This document shows positions 10,245 to 19,189 of a stretch of DNA of 60,185 nucleotides, in pieces. The position numbers and the translations under genes are program-made. Origin of the DNA: Elusimicrobia bacterium UBA4817 (GTDB lineage Bacteria > Elusimicrobiota > UBA8919); the NCBI GenBank assembly GCA_002402375.1, contig DHFT01000030.1, positions 1-60,185 on the forward strand. The letters run 5' to 3'. Position 1 is the first letter of the stretch; the number at the start of each line of letters is the position of its first letter. Below the pieces are notes generated by a model. That model was not told where the DNA came from and did no database searches. It was given only the letters and a program-made list of their open reading frames with translations.

Positions 10245-10838
10245 TTATTCAAGTTCCGCATTCCAGTAAACAGTATCAATAAACTTCTGCCAGGATGCTT
10301 TTAATTTCAAGCCCGGCCTGAAACAAAGAGATATCGGACCTTTCCAATCGGGTTTGGACGGCACAACCCGTAGTTTCATTCCTGCTTCGGCAGGAGTGCG
10401 GTTCGCTTTTTTAAGATTACAGGGAATACAGGAAATAACCACATTTTGCCAGTCGGTTGTACCGCCGCGGCTTACAGGGAGAATATGTTCAAGATTAAGT
10501 TCGCTTGTCGTTTTTTTCTTCCCGCAATAGCAGCATTTATATTTGTAATGTTCGTAAATATTTTTTCTGGTGAATTTTATATCCATAGGAGGAAGTTCGT
10601 CGTAAAATCTTAAAAGTATTACTTCCGGAATTGCTATCTTAAAAGAGGGGGTGTGAACAAAGCCGGACGGGTGGGCGGAAATTTCCTGCGAAACATCTTT
10701 CCAGTCGGAAAAAGAATATGTTTTGTATTCCTCATCAACAACACTGGCATGGTCAATGTACAAAAGAGAAATCGCTTTTTGCCAGGTTGTTATGTGAATT
10801 GCATAAAACTTTTTGTTTAGGACAAGAACATCAGACAT
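10245..10838 (-). CDS. HNH endonuclease (McrA-like)
   Basis: CCYCG...LNLEHILPVSRGG..WQNVVISCIPCNLKKANR. Confidence 0.9.
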   Translation of the reverse strand: MSDVLVLNKKFYAIHITTWQKAISLLYIDHASVVDEEYKTYSFSDWKDVSQEISAHPSGFVHTPSFKIAIPEVILLRFYDELPPMDIKFTRKNIYEHYKYKCCYCGKKKTTSELNLEHILPVSRGGTTDWQNVVISCIPCNLKKANRTPAEAGMKLRVVPSKPDWKGPISLCFRPGLKLKASWQKFIDTVYWNAELE

Positions 10839-10846
10839 AATAACAC

Positions 10847-10931
10847 CAATTAAAAATTAAAAATTTGCAATTAAAAATTGAAAGATAAAAATCACAATCA
10901 TTTTTTATTTTTAATTTTACATTTTTAATTG
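10847..10931. repeat. CAATTAAAA...TTTTAATTG element
   Basis: same termini and heptamer units as 1839-1939. Confidence 0.75.
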
Positions 10932-11773
10932 TCCTTTGTCAAGTGGCAGGCAAGTTTTATCGCTTCAATCATCGCCTGCGGATTTGCCTTATTTTTACCG
11001 GCAATGTTATACGCAGTTCCGTGACCCGGCGATGTTCTGATAAACGGGAGTCCGACGGTAACATTTACTATTTTATCCGGATTTAACAATTTCAAAGGAA
11101 GCATCGCCTGGTCGTGATACATACAGACGATTAAATCAGATTTCATATCTAAAAATGCGACTTCGGGATTTACCGGGCCCGTCACATCAAGACCTTTTTT
11201 CCGGAGAATTTTTATTGCAGGGATTATTTTTTTCTTTTCTTCGGCGCCGGCCAATCCGTTGTCGCCGCAGTGAGGGTTTAAGCCGCACATAATTATTTTT
11301 GGATTTTTGATTCTAAAAAACTTTTTTATAAAATTACAAACATCTGTTGTGCTTTTGACAATTTTTTTGGTATTTATATTTTTTGAGACATCTTTAAGCG
11401 GAATATGTCTCGTCAGAACAAGCACCTTGATGTCGTCAGCAACCATCAGCATTTCAACATTTTTTATATTAAATTTTTTAGCAAAAAATTCAGTATGCCC
11501 GCCGATTTTTCCGAATGCTGATTTTGATACCGGAGCGGTTACAATCGCATCGGCTTTTTCATTCTTTACAAGTTTTAATGCCTCTATTAAAAAACTTATT
11601 GCGGCTTTATCGCTTTTGCGGGTTGGAAATCCCTGAACAAATTTTGCTGATGTACCGATGACAACAGGTCGGCAGATTTTAAGAATCGCTTTATCCGAGA
11701 TAGCTTTTTTTACAATTTCGGGGCCGATGCCTGTCGGGTCGCCGAGGGTTATCGCTATGGCGGGCTTTTTCAT
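10925..11773 (-). CDS. pdxA: 4-hydroxythreonine-4-phosphate dehydrogenase
   Basis: GDPTGIGPEI, GHTE, GLNPH, MYHDQ, RTSPGHGTA. Confidence 0.93.
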   Translation of the reverse strand: MKKPAIAITLGDPTGIGPEIVKKAISDKAILKICRPVVIGTSAKFVQGFPTRKSDKAAISFLIEALKLVKNEKADAIVTAPVSKSAFGKIGGHTEFFAKKFNIKNVEMLMVADDIKVLVLTRHIPLKDVSKNINTKKIVKSTTDVCNFIKKFFRIKNPKIIMCGLNPHCGDNGLAGAEEKKKIIPAIKILRKKGLDVTGPVNPEVAFLDMKSDLIVCMYHDQAMLPLKLLNPDKIVNVTVGLPFIRTSPGHGTAYNIAGKNKANPQAMIEAIKLACHLTKDN

Positions 11774-11791
11774 TTCTTACTTTTTGACTAC

Positions 11792-11904
11792 GGAGCGAGC
11801 AAGAAATTTTCGCAGAACCTCAATTTGCGACTTCTTCTTTTCAGGAGCAAATTGCAGAGCGAGTGGCAGACGAGCGTTTCAAGAAAATTTGCTTGCGAGC
11901 GACT
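11792..11904 (-). repeat. ~113-nt structured intergenic element, copy 1
   Basis: near-identical to reverse complement of 43261-43373. Confidence 0.85.
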
Positions 11905-11905
11905 T

Positions 11906-12979
11906 TCATTTTATGTCGGCTGATATATTTGATTTATCGCGAAGATTTTTTATGTATTTTTCATACTCTTCCTGTCGTTTTTCCGCAAGAAGATATTTTT
12001 CAAGATTAACTTTAACCTCTTCAAAACTCCGTTTTTGTTTTGCCTGTTTTGCGTCAACTTTTAAAATATGATACCCAAACTCGGTCTCAAAATAGTCGGA
12101 AATTTCACCGACCGGCGTCTTAAAAGCAGTATCCTCAAAATTTTTAACCATCATTCCTCTGACGATAAAACCCAGTTCGCCGCCGTTTTTCTGGCTTCCG
12201 GGGTCTTCCGAGTACTGCTGAGCAAGTTTTGCAAAATCCTCGCCTTTTTTAAGTTTCTGCTGAACCTCTTTTATTTTGTTCAGTGCCTGTGATTTTTCTT
12301 TTGTTGAAGCATTTTTTTCAACCCGTACTAAAATATGCCTTACGGAGACCTTTTCCGGTTCGTCAATTTTATCCCTGTTTTTTTCATAATAACTTTTTAA
12401 CTCGTCGGAGGACGGCGGGGGGACTTTTCTGACGACTTCATCCTCAATAAGTTTGTTAACCATAATATCTTCGCGGAGTTTGTCGCGAAACTTCGCCATA
12501 GTAAGATTTTGCTTTTTTAACTCGGAATTAAACTCGGCATCCGATTCAACGGCAGTCAACATTTTCCCGTTCTTTCTTTTGAATCTGTCTTTTACCGTTT
12601 CTATTCCCTCATCAACTTCTCTTTTACTTACTTTCACATCTTTTTTCTTCGCTTCCTGCAATAGAAGTTTCTGGTCAATCATCTGGTCAAGAAGTTCTTT
12701 TTTTATTTCTGCGATTTTCTTGTCCATATCTTCCTTCGGCATTACTTCGCCGTAGGTTTTTTGTATCTGGGAAATTACGGGATTTACCGCATCCTCGTAA
12801 TCCGACTGTAAAATTACATCATCGTTAACTTTTGCAATTGCCTTATTGACGACAGCAGCGGAAAGGCAGGTAAAAGGTAAAAGGTAAAAGGTAAAAGGTA
12901 AAAGGTAAAACCATGTCCTTATTCTGTATCTGTTCCGAGTTTTTTGTTCCGCGTCTGTTCCGTGTTTTTTGTTCATCAT
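11906..12979 (-). CDS. SurA-like parvulin peptidyl-prolyl isomerase
   Basis: SurA N-domain (AKVNDDVI), HILV, FAKLAQQYSEDP, GGELG, FGYHI; surA-pdxA-rsmA synteny. Confidence 0.85.
   Translation of the reverse strand: MMNKKHGTDAEQKTRNRYRIRTWFYLLPFTFYLLPFTCLSAAVVNKAIAKVNDDVILQSDYEDAVNPVISQIQKTYGEVMPKEDMDKKIAEIKKELLDQMIDQKLLLQEAKKKDVKVSKREVDEGIETVKDRFKRKNGKMLTAVESDAEFNSELKKQNLTMAKFRDKLREDIMVNKLIEDEVVRKVPPPSSDELKSYYEKNRDKIDEPEKVSVRHILVRVEKNASTKEKSQALNKIKEVQQKLKKGEDFAKLAQQYSEDPGSQKNGGELGFIVRGMMVKNFEDTAFKTPVGEISDYFETEFGYHILKVDAKQAKQKRSFEEVKVNLEKYLLAEKRQEEYEKYIKNLRDKSNISADIK
12869..12910 (+). repeat. (GGTAAAA)6 perfect tandem repeat inside the signal peptide
   Basis: six copies, 42 nt, encodes FYLLPFT x2. 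Confidence 0.95.
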
Positions 12980-13000
12980 TTTTTCTCCTGTTTAATCGCA

Positions 13001-13143
13001 GAGTGAGGGAAAAATTTTTGTAGAGCCTCAATTTGCGACTTGTTCGTTCCAGGAGCAAATTGCAGAGTGAGTTCTGACTGTCTCTCCGCCAGAGGCGGAT
13101 CCGCCGATCTTTGTGGCGGAAAAGAAATTTGTTCCCGAACGAT
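13001..13143 (-). mobile_element. Structured element copy 3 with nested CCGCC palindrome, bracketed by a 17-bp duplication
   Basis: similar to 11792-11904; TCATTTTTTCTCCTGTT at 12976-12992 and 13146-13162. Confidence 0.75.
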
Positions 13144-13145
13144 GT

Positions 13146-14081
13146 TCATTTTTTCTCCTGTTCGGTTTTTTCAACCGGTTTTGTTAAAAGTTCATAATTT
13201 ATTTTTGCTTTATATTTTTTGGAAATTTCATCCAGCCATTTGTCCAATTTTTCCTTTTGAATAACCTGCTTAATTTCCGTTTCAACATCGTCCAGTTTTT
13301 GCGATTTAAGTTGTTTTCTGCCGGTAAGTTTTATGATATGATACCCTAACGGAGTTTTTGTAATATCGGAAATGTCTCCGATTTTTTTAAGATTAAATGC
13401 CGCTTCCTCAAACTCTTTGACATACTGTCTTCTTCCGAAAAAACCGAGGTCGCCGCCTTTAAGGGCAGTCATCTTATCAATTGAATTTTCCTTCGCAAGT
13501 TTTGCAAAATCCTCGCCTTTTTTTATCTTTTCTGTAATTTTTTTTGCATCTTCTTCCGTTGAGAGAAGTATATGACTTACTTTTATTTCAGTCGGCTTTT
13601 CAAATTCTTCTTTGTGTTTTTCATAATAATCCTTAACCTCGCTGTCGCCCAACACAACTTTTTCTTTCAAAAGTTCGTTCATTATTATTTCGTTTTTGAG
13701 TTTTTCATAATTATCTTTAAGCCGTTTTTCTATTTCCGATAACTGTTTTTTTACCGCGGGTCTCTTTTGAATGCCTTGACTTTTTGCGGAAACCAGCACG
13801 GTCTTTTCTTTCAACATCGCATCCAAATACTGCTTGCGTCCTATATCGGTGGACAAATATTCCTGCAAGGTGTAGGGGGCATTTTCAACTGCTTTTTCAA
13901 ACTCCTCAACGGTGATTTTTTCACTGCCGACCTGTGCTAAAATCCTTCCGGATTTTTTGGAACAACCGAGAAAAAAGCAATTGAAAATTAAAAATGTAAA
14001 ATTAAAAATTAAAAACCACTTCCAACTTCTCCCACGGGGACTTCCTTCAGTCGCAACTTCCAACTTCCAACTTTTTTTCAT
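13146..14081 (-). CDS. PrsA/PpiC-type peptidyl-prolyl isomerase lipoprotein
   Basis: lipobox FLGC; SHILL, FAKLAKENS, GGDLGFF, GYHII. Confidence 0.88.
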   Translation of the reverse strand: MKKSWKLEVATEGSPRGRSWKWFLIFNFTFLIFNCFFLGCSKKSGRILAQVGSEKITVEEFEKAVENAPYTLQEYLSTDIGRKQYLDAMLKEKTVLVSAKSQGIQKRPAVKKQLSEIEKRLKDNYEKLKNEIIMNELLKEKVVLGDSEVKDYYEKHKEEFEKPTEIKVSHILLSTEEDAKKITEKIKKGEDFAKLAKENSIDKMTALKGGDLGFFGRRQYVKEFEEAAFNLKKIGDISDITKTPLGYHIIKLTGRKQLKSQKLDDVETEIKQVIQKEKLDKWLDEISKKYKAKINYELLTKPVEKTEQEKK

Positions 14082-14113
14082 AATGCGCCTCCAATTTTAG
14101 GAATTATACATAA

Positions 14114-17100
14114 TTATTGAAAAGAATGCAAGAGATTTTTTATAAAAATAAGTTTTTTTTCAGCAGGCATGGCGCGGTCCCAAAATACCTCCAATAAATC
14201 ATTTTTTATAAACCTGAAACTTTCATTTTTTCCGCCACAAAGATTGGCGGATCCGCCTTCAACATTAGGATGACCCGCCTCTGGCGGGCGGGCGGACAGA
14301 ATATTTATTATCTTTGACGGTTCAGCCGATGTATCGGAAGAAAACTTTATTTGCACCGAAGTAGAAGAGTCGTTAATTTTCAGTATCCCCAGTTTCATTG
14401 CAATAAGACGGATTTTTCCGATCTCAAAAAGATTTTCAACTTCTTTCGGCATTTTTCCGAAACGGTCCACCATTTCATTTTTAATCTCTGAAAGGTTTTG
14501 CTGGTCAATCACTGTCAAAATTCTTTTATAGAAAGAGATTCTTGAATTCTCATCATTGATATAACTGTCGCTGATAACAGCATCAACTGAAATATCAATT
14601 TCCGGATTTATCAAGTCCTGCGTTTTTATACCCTTAATTTCATTTGAGTGTTTTTCTAAAAGCCGGAGATACATATCAAATCCGATTGAATCAATATAGC
14701 CGTGCTGACGTTTTCCCAAAATCTCTCCGGCACCTCTTATCTGCAAATCCTTTAATGCAAGATGAAACCCCGAACCTAATTTTGCAAACTCTTTAAGTGC
14801 TACAAGCCGTTTCTCCGAAATTTCAGTAAGATTTTCATATCTAAAAAAAAGATAACAATATGCTTTTGTCTTTGAACGACCTACACGACCGCGAAGTTGA
14901 TAAAGTTGGCCGAGACCAAAATTTTCGGCATCGGAAACAATAATGGTGTTAACATTGGGTATATCCAATCCCGCTTCAATAATAGTAGTGGAAACAAGAC
15001 AATCAAATTCTTTATTCAAGAAACCCATCATTTTTTCTTCAATCTCTGACGGTGTCATTCTACCGTGCAAAAAATCAAACTTTACAAAGGGGAGAATTCT
15101 TTTAAGTTGTATTAGACAACTTTCTATTGTTCCGATTTTATTGTGAACAAAAAATACCTGACCGCCGCGGGAAATTTCATACATAATTGCATCGGTAATA
15201 ATTTTTTCGTCATATTCTAAAAGCATTGTTTCAACCGACTGACGGCCCAAAGGGGGCGTTGAAATTGTGGACATGTTTTTGATGCCTGCAAGTGCCATTG
15301 AAAGCGTGCGGGGAATGGGGGTAGCGGTAAGATAAAGGCAGTCAACATTTTTTTTAATTGATTTTATTTTTTCCTTGTCGCCAACACCGAAGCGGTGCTC
15401 TTCGTCAATTATTAGAAGTCCGAGATTGCTAAATGAAATATCTTTGCTTAATAAACGGTGCGTTCCGATAACGACATCTATTTTTCCTTCTTTTAATTTT
15501 TCTATAATTTCCTTCTGTTCTTTCTTCGTTTTAAATCTTGAAAGCGTTGCAATTTTTACGGGCCAGTCGGCAAACCGTTCAAAAAATGTCTGTTCGTGCT
15601 GTCTGACAAGAACCGTCGTGGGCGCAAGAATACACACCTGCCTTCCCGACAAAACCGATTTCAATGCCGCCCTCATCGCAACCTCTGTTTTCCCGAAACC
15701 GGTATCGCCGAAAATACATCTTTCCATCGGGACATACCCTGTCATATCCTTTTTTATATCTTCAACTGCTTTTTGCTGGTCGGGCGTTTCTTCATAAATA
15801 AATTCTTCTTCAAACTGTTTTTCATAATTTGAATCCGCTACAAACGGCTGTCTTTGTATGTCAAACCTTTCCGAATAAATCTGTAAAAGTTGCTGCGCCA
15901 TTTTTTTTGCGGCATCGGAGGCAACTGCCTTTATTCTTTCCCAAGAAGTACTGTCCAACGGATTTATTTTCGGCGGTTTTTTACCGATTGAGAAATATTT
16001 TTGGATGCGGTTGAAATCGCCGACCGGAACATATAGTTTGTCGTTGTCGGCGTATAAAATTGAAATATATTCCGCCGTAATTCCGCCGGCAGTTATCTTT
16101 TTAAGACCGTCGTAAATCCCGATTCCGTATCTTTCGTGAACTACAAAGTCATCTTTTTTTATATCGGACAGCGTTTCAATCGGAATACCTGTGTCCTTGA
16201 AAAATTTCGGCGGTCTAAGACGCACTTTATATCTTGAAAAAATCTCATTGGTAGTAACAAAAACAATTTTGTCGTCGTTCAATATAAAACCTGATGCAAG
16301 CGAACCGGTAAAAATATTTCTTTCATAACCAGTGCCTAAAATTTCCGACAGATGTTTTCTTTCACCGTCGTTATTTGCAACTATAAAAATCTGAAAATCG
16401 CTGCTGCGCCATTGTTCATATTTTTCTTTGAAAAGTTCAATGTTACCGTTGAAATTGAAAGAGGGCGAATGTGAAACAATATCAATTTCCGAAAAAATAT
16501 GAAACTCGGTTTGAAAATAATCAAAAATTACCGCCTCATCTAATTCTTTTGAAGGTATTATTTCAATTTCATTCAGTTCTGTTATTGAACGCTGACTTGC
16601 AGCATCAATATTTTTTATTGTTTCAATATTATTCACATCAAAAACAAGCCGGCACGGTAAATTGGATGCATTATTCCACATATCTAAAATCTCGCCCCTG
16701 ACGGCAAATTCGCCGACATCAGTTACTATGTCTGCCCTTTCATAACCGTTTGCCACTAACTGCGAAATAAAAGATTCACGATTAACAAGAGCATTTTTTT
16801 TGATTTTTATAACGGATTCCTCAAAGTTTTTTCGGGCAATAGTTTTTTTTGAAAGTGCTGCCGTTGAAGCACAAAGAATTACATTTTTATTTTTTAAGAT
16901 TTGTGAAATCGTCTTGAGACGGGAAGCGGTATCAGTTTCTGGAAAAACCAAAATCCGAGGAACAGGAAATTTAAGAATTTTTGAAACGGTTGATATGCTT
17001 TCTGAAATATCAAGAGCATCCTCGTCGGTGTTCATCGGAATAATAACATTTTTATATAAATAATTATTTTTTGCGACGGCATAAGCCAAAGCGCCGGAAA

Positions 17101-17119
17101 GATTAAGCGAGTTTAACAT
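14114..17119 (-). CDS. mfd: Transcription-repair coupling factor
   Basis: UvrB-like region, VVHxxYGIG RID, GDTGFGKTEVA, DEEH, TATPIPR, QLRGRVGR, TRCF C-domain; start set at MLNSL. Confidence 0.95.
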   Translation of the reverse strand: MLNSLNLSGALAYAVAKNNYLYKNVIIPMNTDEDALDISESISTVSKILKFPVPRILVFPETDTASRLKTISQILKNKNVILCASTAALSKKTIARKNFEESVIKIKKNALVNRESFISQLVANGYERADIVTDVGEFAVRGEILDMWNNASNLPCRLVFDVNNIETIKNIDAASQRSITELNEIEIIPSKELDEAVIFDYFQTEFHIFSEIDIVSHSPSFNFNGNIELFKEKYEQWRSSDFQIFIVANNDGERKHLSEILGTGYERNIFTGSLASGFILNDDKIVFVTTNEIFSRYKVRLRPPKFFKDTGIPIETLSDIKKDDFVVHERYGIGIYDGLKKITAGGITAEYISILYADNDKLYVPVGDFNRIQKYFSIGKKPPKINPLDSTSWERIKAVASDAAKKMAQQLLQIYSERFDIQRQPFVADSNYEKQFEEEFIYEETPDQQKAVEDIKKDMTGYVPMERCIFGDTGFGKTEVAMRAALKSVLSGRQVCILAPTTVLVRQHEQTFFERFADWPVKIATLSRFKTKKEQKEIIEKLKEGKIDVVIGTHRLLSKDISFSNLGLLIIDEEHRFGVGDKEKIKSIKKNVDCLYLTATPIPRTLSMALAGIKNMSTISTPPLGRQSVETMLLEYDEKIITDAIMYEISRGGQVFFVHNKIGTIESCLIQLKRILPFVKFDFLHGRMTPSEIEEKMMGFLNKEFDCLVSTTIIEAGLDIPNVNTIIVSDAENFGLGQLYQLRGRVGRSKTKAYCYLFFRYENLTEISEKRLVALKEFAKLGSGFHLALKDLQIRGAGEILGKRQHGYIDSIGFDMYLRLLEKHSNEIKGIKTQDLINPEIDISVDAVISDSYINDENSRISFYKRILTVIDQQNLSEIKNEMVDRFGKMPKEVENLFEIGKIRLIAMKLGILKINDSSTSVQIKFSSDTSAEPSKIINILSARPPEAGHPNVEGGSANLCGGKNESFRFIKNDLLEVFWDRAMPAEKKLIFIKNLLHSFQ

Positions 17120-17145
17120 TTTATGATTATCAAGAAAACTTCGTA

Positions 17146-17240
17146 ACCACAGATGGACACAGATTGGCACAGATTAAAAAACTACAAATTACCTTTGTTC
17201 CTTTGAATTTATCCGTATTTATCTGTGTGAATCTGTGGTT
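17146..17240. repeat. AACCACAGAT...ATCTGTGGTT inverted-repeat element (10-mer units)
   Basis: CACAGAT x3 arm and ATCTGTG arm; relatives at 5667-5710 and 27950-28079. Confidence 0.75.
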
Positions 17241-17255
17241 GCTTTTTATAATTTC

Positions 17256-18611
17256 CTATACTTTTAGTAGTTTGGCGACGCATTCAATATGCGCCGTCTG
17301 CGGAAACATATCCACCGGTTGAATTTCAACGAGTTTATATTTTTGGGAAAGTATTTTTACATCTCTTGAAAGCGTCGCCGGATTGCAGGATGTGTATATT
17401 ATTTTTTGCGGCTGGAGTTTCAACAGTGACTTTAAGACGATTTGCGAACAGCCGGCGCGGGGGGGATCCAAAATAACTATGTCTGCAAAGTCCATTTTTC
17501 TTAAAATGTAATCGGCATTACCCCGTATAAAAAATACATTTTTTATATTGTTGCTCTTTGCGTTTTTTATTGCATCTGAAACCGACGGCGACACTTCTTC
17601 AACACCGGTAATTTTCCTGCAAAAAGGCGCAAGATAAATTGATATCCCGCCGGAACCAGAATAGACATCAATGATATTTTCATCCCCTCTAAGCTGGCAA
17701 AAATTTTTTATCACTTCGTAAAGTTTTTCGGTTTGCAACGTGTTGACCTGAAAAAATGAGGATTGGGAAATCTCAAAAACAGTTCCGCCGATTTTTTCTT
17801 TTATTGTATCTCTGCCAAAAAGTTTGAAATTTTTATTGCCGAGAATAACATTTGTTTTTGCAGGGTTGATATTTTGATAAACTGATACGACTTCCGGGAA
17901 TTTTTTTGTTATTTTGCCGAGAATTTCCTTTATATGCGGAATAAAATTTGTTTTTGAAACAACCACAACCATAAACTCGCCAAACGCAAATGATTGCCTC
18001 AAAATTATATGCCTTAAAATTCCTGCTCTTTTGTCCTCATTATAGGGTTGAATTTTGTATTCGTTTATTAAATTTCTTAATGCTAAAATTATTTCGTTCG
18101 CTTTTTCTGTTTGTAAAAAACAGTTTTTAATATCAACAATATGATGAGATTGCGGATGAAAAAATCCCGTAATTACATTACCCGTTTTTCTGCCAACCGG
18201 CATTTGAACTTTATTTCTATATCTGAAAGGATTGACTGCGGGAATTATTTTATTAACTCTTATATCAAAAAAATCCTGAACTATCGCGGTTTTTAATTCA
18301 AGTTGATTTTTATAATCCGTCATTTGAAGATTACATCCGCCGCAATAGTAAGCGGGAAGTGGGAAGTGGGAAGTGGGAAGTGAAAAGTGAAAAGGACATG
18401 GCGGTTGAATACGATGCGGGGAGGGGGATATTACGGAAATTATTTTTGCTCTGGCATAGTTTTTTTTTGTCTCAATTATTTCAACGAACAATTTGTCACC
18501 CGGAACGGAATACGGCACCATAACAACAATATTTCCGTACTTACCGATACCATCGCCGCCCGTTATAATTTTATCAATTTTAATTTCTATTTTCTGCCCG
18601 ACTTTAATCAT
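17256..18611 (-). CDS. rlmD: 23S rRNA m5U1939 methyltransferase
   Basis: TRAM domain, CGGC, YRNK, FFQVN, DPPRAG, DMFPQTAHIEC. Confidence 0.92.
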   Translation of the reverse strand: MIKVGQKIEIKIDKIITGGDGIGKYGNIVVMVPYSVPGDKLFVEIIETKKNYARAKIISVISPSPHRIQPPCPFHFSLPTSHFPLPAYYCGGCNLQMTDYKNQLELKTAIVQDFFDIRVNKIIPAVNPFRYRNKVQMPVGRKTGNVITGFFHPQSHHIVDIKNCFLQTEKANEIILALRNLINEYKIQPYNEDKRAGILRHIILRQSFAFGEFMVVVVSKTNFIPHIKEILGKITKKFPEVVSVYQNINPAKTNVILGNKNFKLFGRDTIKEKIGGTVFEISQSSFFQVNTLQTEKLYEVIKNFCQLRGDENIIDVYSGSGGISIYLAPFCRKITGVEEVSPSVSDAIKNAKSNNIKNVFFIRGNADYILRKMDFADIVILDPPRAGCSQIVLKSLLKLQPQKIIYTSCNPATLSRDVKILSQKYKLVEIQPVDMFPQTAHIECVAKLLKV

Positions 18612-18622
18612 TTGTGAATTTG

Positions 18623-18847
18623 TTAGTTCCTGATTTTCATCAGGACAGGCTTTATGCTTCTCGCTGCACGCCTTTTGATAACTTTTCTGGTTCTGATTTT
18701 TCTTTCAAGTTTAAGTTTATTGAGGTGATACATAGCAGCGATATGCGAAATTTTGAATCTCTTTCCAATTTCTATAAGAGTCGGTGGAACACCTCTGTTT
18801 TTAATTGATTTCTTAACAAATTTTAAGATTTTATCCCTGATTTTCAT
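18623..18847 (-). CDS. LexA-type winged-helix DNA-binding domain only
   Basis: GVPPTLIEIG...HLxxL...RSI; no peptidase domain. Confidence 0.75.
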   Translation of the reverse strand: MKIRDKILKFVKKSIKNRGVPPTLIEIGKRFKISHIAAMYHLNKLKLERKIRTRKVIKRRAARSIKPVLMKIRN

Positions 18848-18857
18848 CGTCGGTAGT

Positions 18858-18889
18858 ATTTAACAAATGTTATATAACAATTGTTAAAT
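18858..18889. promoter_or_regulatory. 32-bp palindromic putative operator
   Basis: ATT-TAACAAATGTTA-TA-TAACAATTGTTA-AAT. Confidence 0.65.
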
Positions 18890-18892
18890 GAC

Positions 18893-19180
18893 TTATATCA
18901 TTTTTTCAAGGGCTTCTTTACCAGTCATTCCTACTTTGATGCCGAGGTTTTTCGCACCGGATGTCATTGCAACAACCTCACCGGCAAGCAATTCATCAAC
19001 ATTTTTAACGCCTTTTACAACACAGGCACAATCGCCCATTTTTTCAGCCGCATCAATGTTCAAATACCCGCACATCACAAAACCTTTGTTGCCGACAGCC
19101 ATAACCAGCACCGCATTATTGAGGGGAATTTCAATCCCCGCCGCCGTTTTTTCACCAATTTTAATATCAACAGTTTTCAT
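18893..19180 (-). CDS. YunC/DUF1805 family protein
   Basis: KGFVMCGYLN..AAEK.GD....GV...LGIKVGMTGKEAL. Confidence 0.85.
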   Translation of the reverse strand: MKTVDIKIGEKTAAGIEIPLNNAVLVMAVGNKGFVMCGYLNIDAAEKMGDCACVVKGVKNVDELLAGEVVAMTSGAKNLGIKVGMTGKEALEKMI

Positions 19181-19189
19181 AAAATCCTC

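Noticed and set aside
11792-11904. Integron attC site
   Set aside because: No RYYYAAC/GTTRRRY ends, no integrase, and the flanking genes are core genes
17120-17170. N-terminal extension of Mfd (MPICVHLWL...)
   Set aside because: Translation of the CACAGAT repeat arm; ATG 17119 is the more plausible start
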